Assembly (NCBI RefSeq): GCF_004010195.1
Contig: NC_057742.1
Location: forward strand, 3,235,084-3,299,083
Origin: Chiloscyllium plagiosum
Taxonomy: Eukaryota
Direction of reading: 5' to 3'
DNA length: 64,000 nucleotides
Below the pieces are notes generated by a model. The model saw only the letters and a program-made list of their open reading frames with translations. It did no database searches and had not been told where the DNA came from. The position numbers and the translations under genes are program-made. The number at the start of each line of letters is the position of its first letter. Within the stretch, counting starts at the first letter, position 1. This document shows, piece by piece, positions 61,401 to 64,000 of this stretch.

Positions 61401-64000
61401 ATTATAAAACTTCAGTCTATACTTTCTTTCAGTGATACTTTACTTGTAGGTTCAAAGGATATCTACTTATGTTAAGAATGGGTTTAGCCTAACAAATAGC
61501 ACCTATTCCCCCGTCTCTCACTTCAACTTGAAATCCCAAAGGAAAAATTTTCGTATAAAACTCTGCAAAACGTTCAATTAGTTGTACTTAAGAGTCACAT
61601 TTCAAAACGATGACATTTATAGACGCTAAAAGACTATAATTCAAAACTGACAGCAGTGGGGGAAAAGTTAAAGTCTCCAATTTAGCATTAGTCATTGGGT
61701 CTCACGCCTGAATTCTGAATTGTAGTGGAAAGCATGGCACACCTAGTGCTAGTCCATTGTGATGGATGCAAAATACGCCACTGTCTTCTTTTAGAGGTGT
61801 AACTTGGGCTTTTTAAGAGACATTAAGGTTTTTGCTGCCCCCTTGCTCACCTTGAAAACATTAAGTTCTAAAATAGTTCAGGTAGGCAAAGGTTCAGTAC
61901 CTCAGATTAACAAACGAACTGACTGAGTGTTGAAAACAAATGCGCGAAATACCGAAGGTGAGATTGTGGGGGAAACCGGGAGCGGGGTGATAATTGAATC
62001 ACAAAATATTATTGAGGGTCATTTTGAGATTAGATTCCACCGTAACATGGCTGATGTTAAATCGTGTCCTACGTTTCTTTAATCTTTGCAAAGTCTTACG
62101 ATATAGTTGCAAATAAACATTTGGATGTGCCTTCACTTAAATGTTTAAACAATGGCAACCAATTTGACTCCTCATTTAGCAAGATATATAATGATCATTC
62201 TTTCGACATTCAGTTAGAGGGGGAGTCAAGGTTTGGAAAATTAATCGTCCCAGGAAGTGCTTAAAATAATATGAAGATGTCCTTGACTATACACGGCCTT
62301 CCTCAAAAAGGCCGATTTCCTCCTTAAAGCATTTATGTAAATAGATAACAAAATAAATGACATTTATCTTCACGGGACAGTGTTGAACTGTCCGTTTTCC
62401 TGTAGAGTGATTTTTTTCAGGAAATTGCAAAAACATTTTGAATATTTTAAAAATAAAATTAAGTTAAGGTAGAAACGAAGAAACAGCATCCACGATGAGC
62501 CATGTTTAGTATCTGGATTATTAACGAGTGTAAACTTTGCATAAGACTGGCTACTAGAACATGTTTGAGTACCCTTACTCCCACCCGTGCTCAGTGTTAA
62601 ACAGTTGAAATTCACATTTATTTTAATCTTTGCTCCGAATCATAGATTAACAAATCAAGCGCTAAAAATGAAAGAAGCTTGCTATAATTGTATTAAATAG
62701 ACGGAGGAAACGAATTCTCAATCACTCAATGAATTTGCAGAAGGCAAGACGCAAGGTTGCCAGAAAAACAGCACCAGTGTATCTTATATATGGAAAATCT
62801 AATCCAGTTCAATGTCAACTCGATAAAACACGAAGTACATTTAAGTCTATTTAAATAAGATAATCAGTCGCCAGAAATGAGGCCTATTAATCTCGAGCAC
62901 TATAGCTCACATTTCTTTATAGTTTGGGCCCATTGCACAAGTTAAAGGAAAGGTAAAACACATATTCGAAGAGATTAAACTATTGCACTATTGTTAATTA
63001 AGCATTTTATCAAGTTTTTTTCCCCCTCATTTTGAAAGCTTCGCTGCGCCCTGCTGACAGCCATACGCGTCCTGTTGTATAATTCGACGTAACTTACCTT
63101 GAGCAGTACAGTTTCATCAGATTTTTAACTGTAGTCAGTAAAGATTTTGGAGCCTACGGGTCTGGTAAAGGAGTCCTGTTCAATCCCTCTGGAAGACTAG
63201 TCACATTATACGCTTACAGTCTGCAAACTCAGTCAGATAAAGTTCAGCGTCACTAACATTATACAGAATGTGAAATATATTGTACCTTGTCAACTCCCCA
63301 GAACCATAAAACTAACTTTAACGACCCCACGTGACTTTTGAGAGCCAGTAGGGGTATCTGACTGCGGTATGGGCGATTTTTACGATCTAACTTTGAGATA
63401 AATACCCAATTCATTTGACATCCCCATGTCATACCGACTTCTTGTATACGTAGTTTGTTATATTCACAAGGGGAGCATGCACTTTTCAGGATAGACCTAG
63501 CATTTGCTGTGTGACTTATCAACTACCGATAAGCACTTGGACGTTCTTTTGGTAAGTTGAGTTTAAACTAAACTAAGAGTTACCTGTTGCACAAAAATGA
63601 AGCCAGATTTAAAAAAGAAATGCGTGTAGTTTGTTATTTAGACAAACTTCGGAACAACACATCTTGTTACTGTATAAATCTCTAGGGGCACAGCGCAGAA
63701 ATCAAGTCCGAGACACGTTTTTTCGAATATACACAACAAAAGTGAATAGTAAAAAATCCTTTTAAAGTGTTTAGCAAGAAGATGGCGAGTTTAGTTAAAT
63801 CCAGAAATCACCAAATGCAAAAATTCAAATCACATAAATATCGCCTTTTAAACATCAACCAGCAACTCAAAGCCGCGCGTAACAGATGAGCTTTAGCGTT
63901 TAGCATAAATGGTTAACTAAAACAGCTAGGTAAGGTCACGTTCTAATCATATCTTATAGAACTATTTTTGAAAGATAAACCCAGAGTTAATCAATAGATG

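Noticed and set aside
1-64000. Prokaryotic systems (CRISPR arrays, operons, defence islands), rRNA or tRNA genes
   Set aside because: The window is intron-containing vertebrate DNA. I saw no repeat-spacer array or intact structural RNA gene, and the tRNA-like boxes belong to SINE fragments.

Overview
This is eukaryotic (vertebrate) DNA: the 3' (anterior) end of a HoxB cluster, all genes on the minus strand. It contains hoxb1, hoxb2, hoxb3 and hoxb4 (two coding exons each, phase-1 GT-AG introns placed by hand) and mir-10a about 1.4 kb upstream of hoxb4; hoxb5 is not reached. The repeat families (HER1/CR1-like LINE ends, a SacSINE1-like SINE, Penelope-type terminal repeats) and the protein sequences suggest a cartilaginous fish, probably a shark (inference). 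Many classical hindbrain and retinoid control elements can be read directly: the hoxb1 r4 autoregulatory element, 3' DR2 and DR5 RAREs, the hoxb2 r4 Pbx/Hox+Meis and Krox20 sites, the hoxb3 DR5, the hoxb4 early and late neural enhancers, the B4U RARE and the intronic HB-1 element. miR-10 seed sites occur in hoxb1 and hoxb3. Transposon debris is concentrated in the first ~9 kb. The most unusual item is a young palindromic Penelope-type insertion between hoxb1 and hoxb2. It carries a minimal hammerhead-ribozyme fold with the compensatory U3-A8 core variant, and degenerate relatives lie in the 3' flank. Other notable items are a shared E-box/CCAAT module 5' of all four Hox genes, several predicted alternative hoxb3 leader exons, a predicted spliced antisense transcript from the hoxb2 promoter, and loss of the first conserved ATG of hoxb4. 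Comparisons with mouse elements are from memory and need alignment to confirm.
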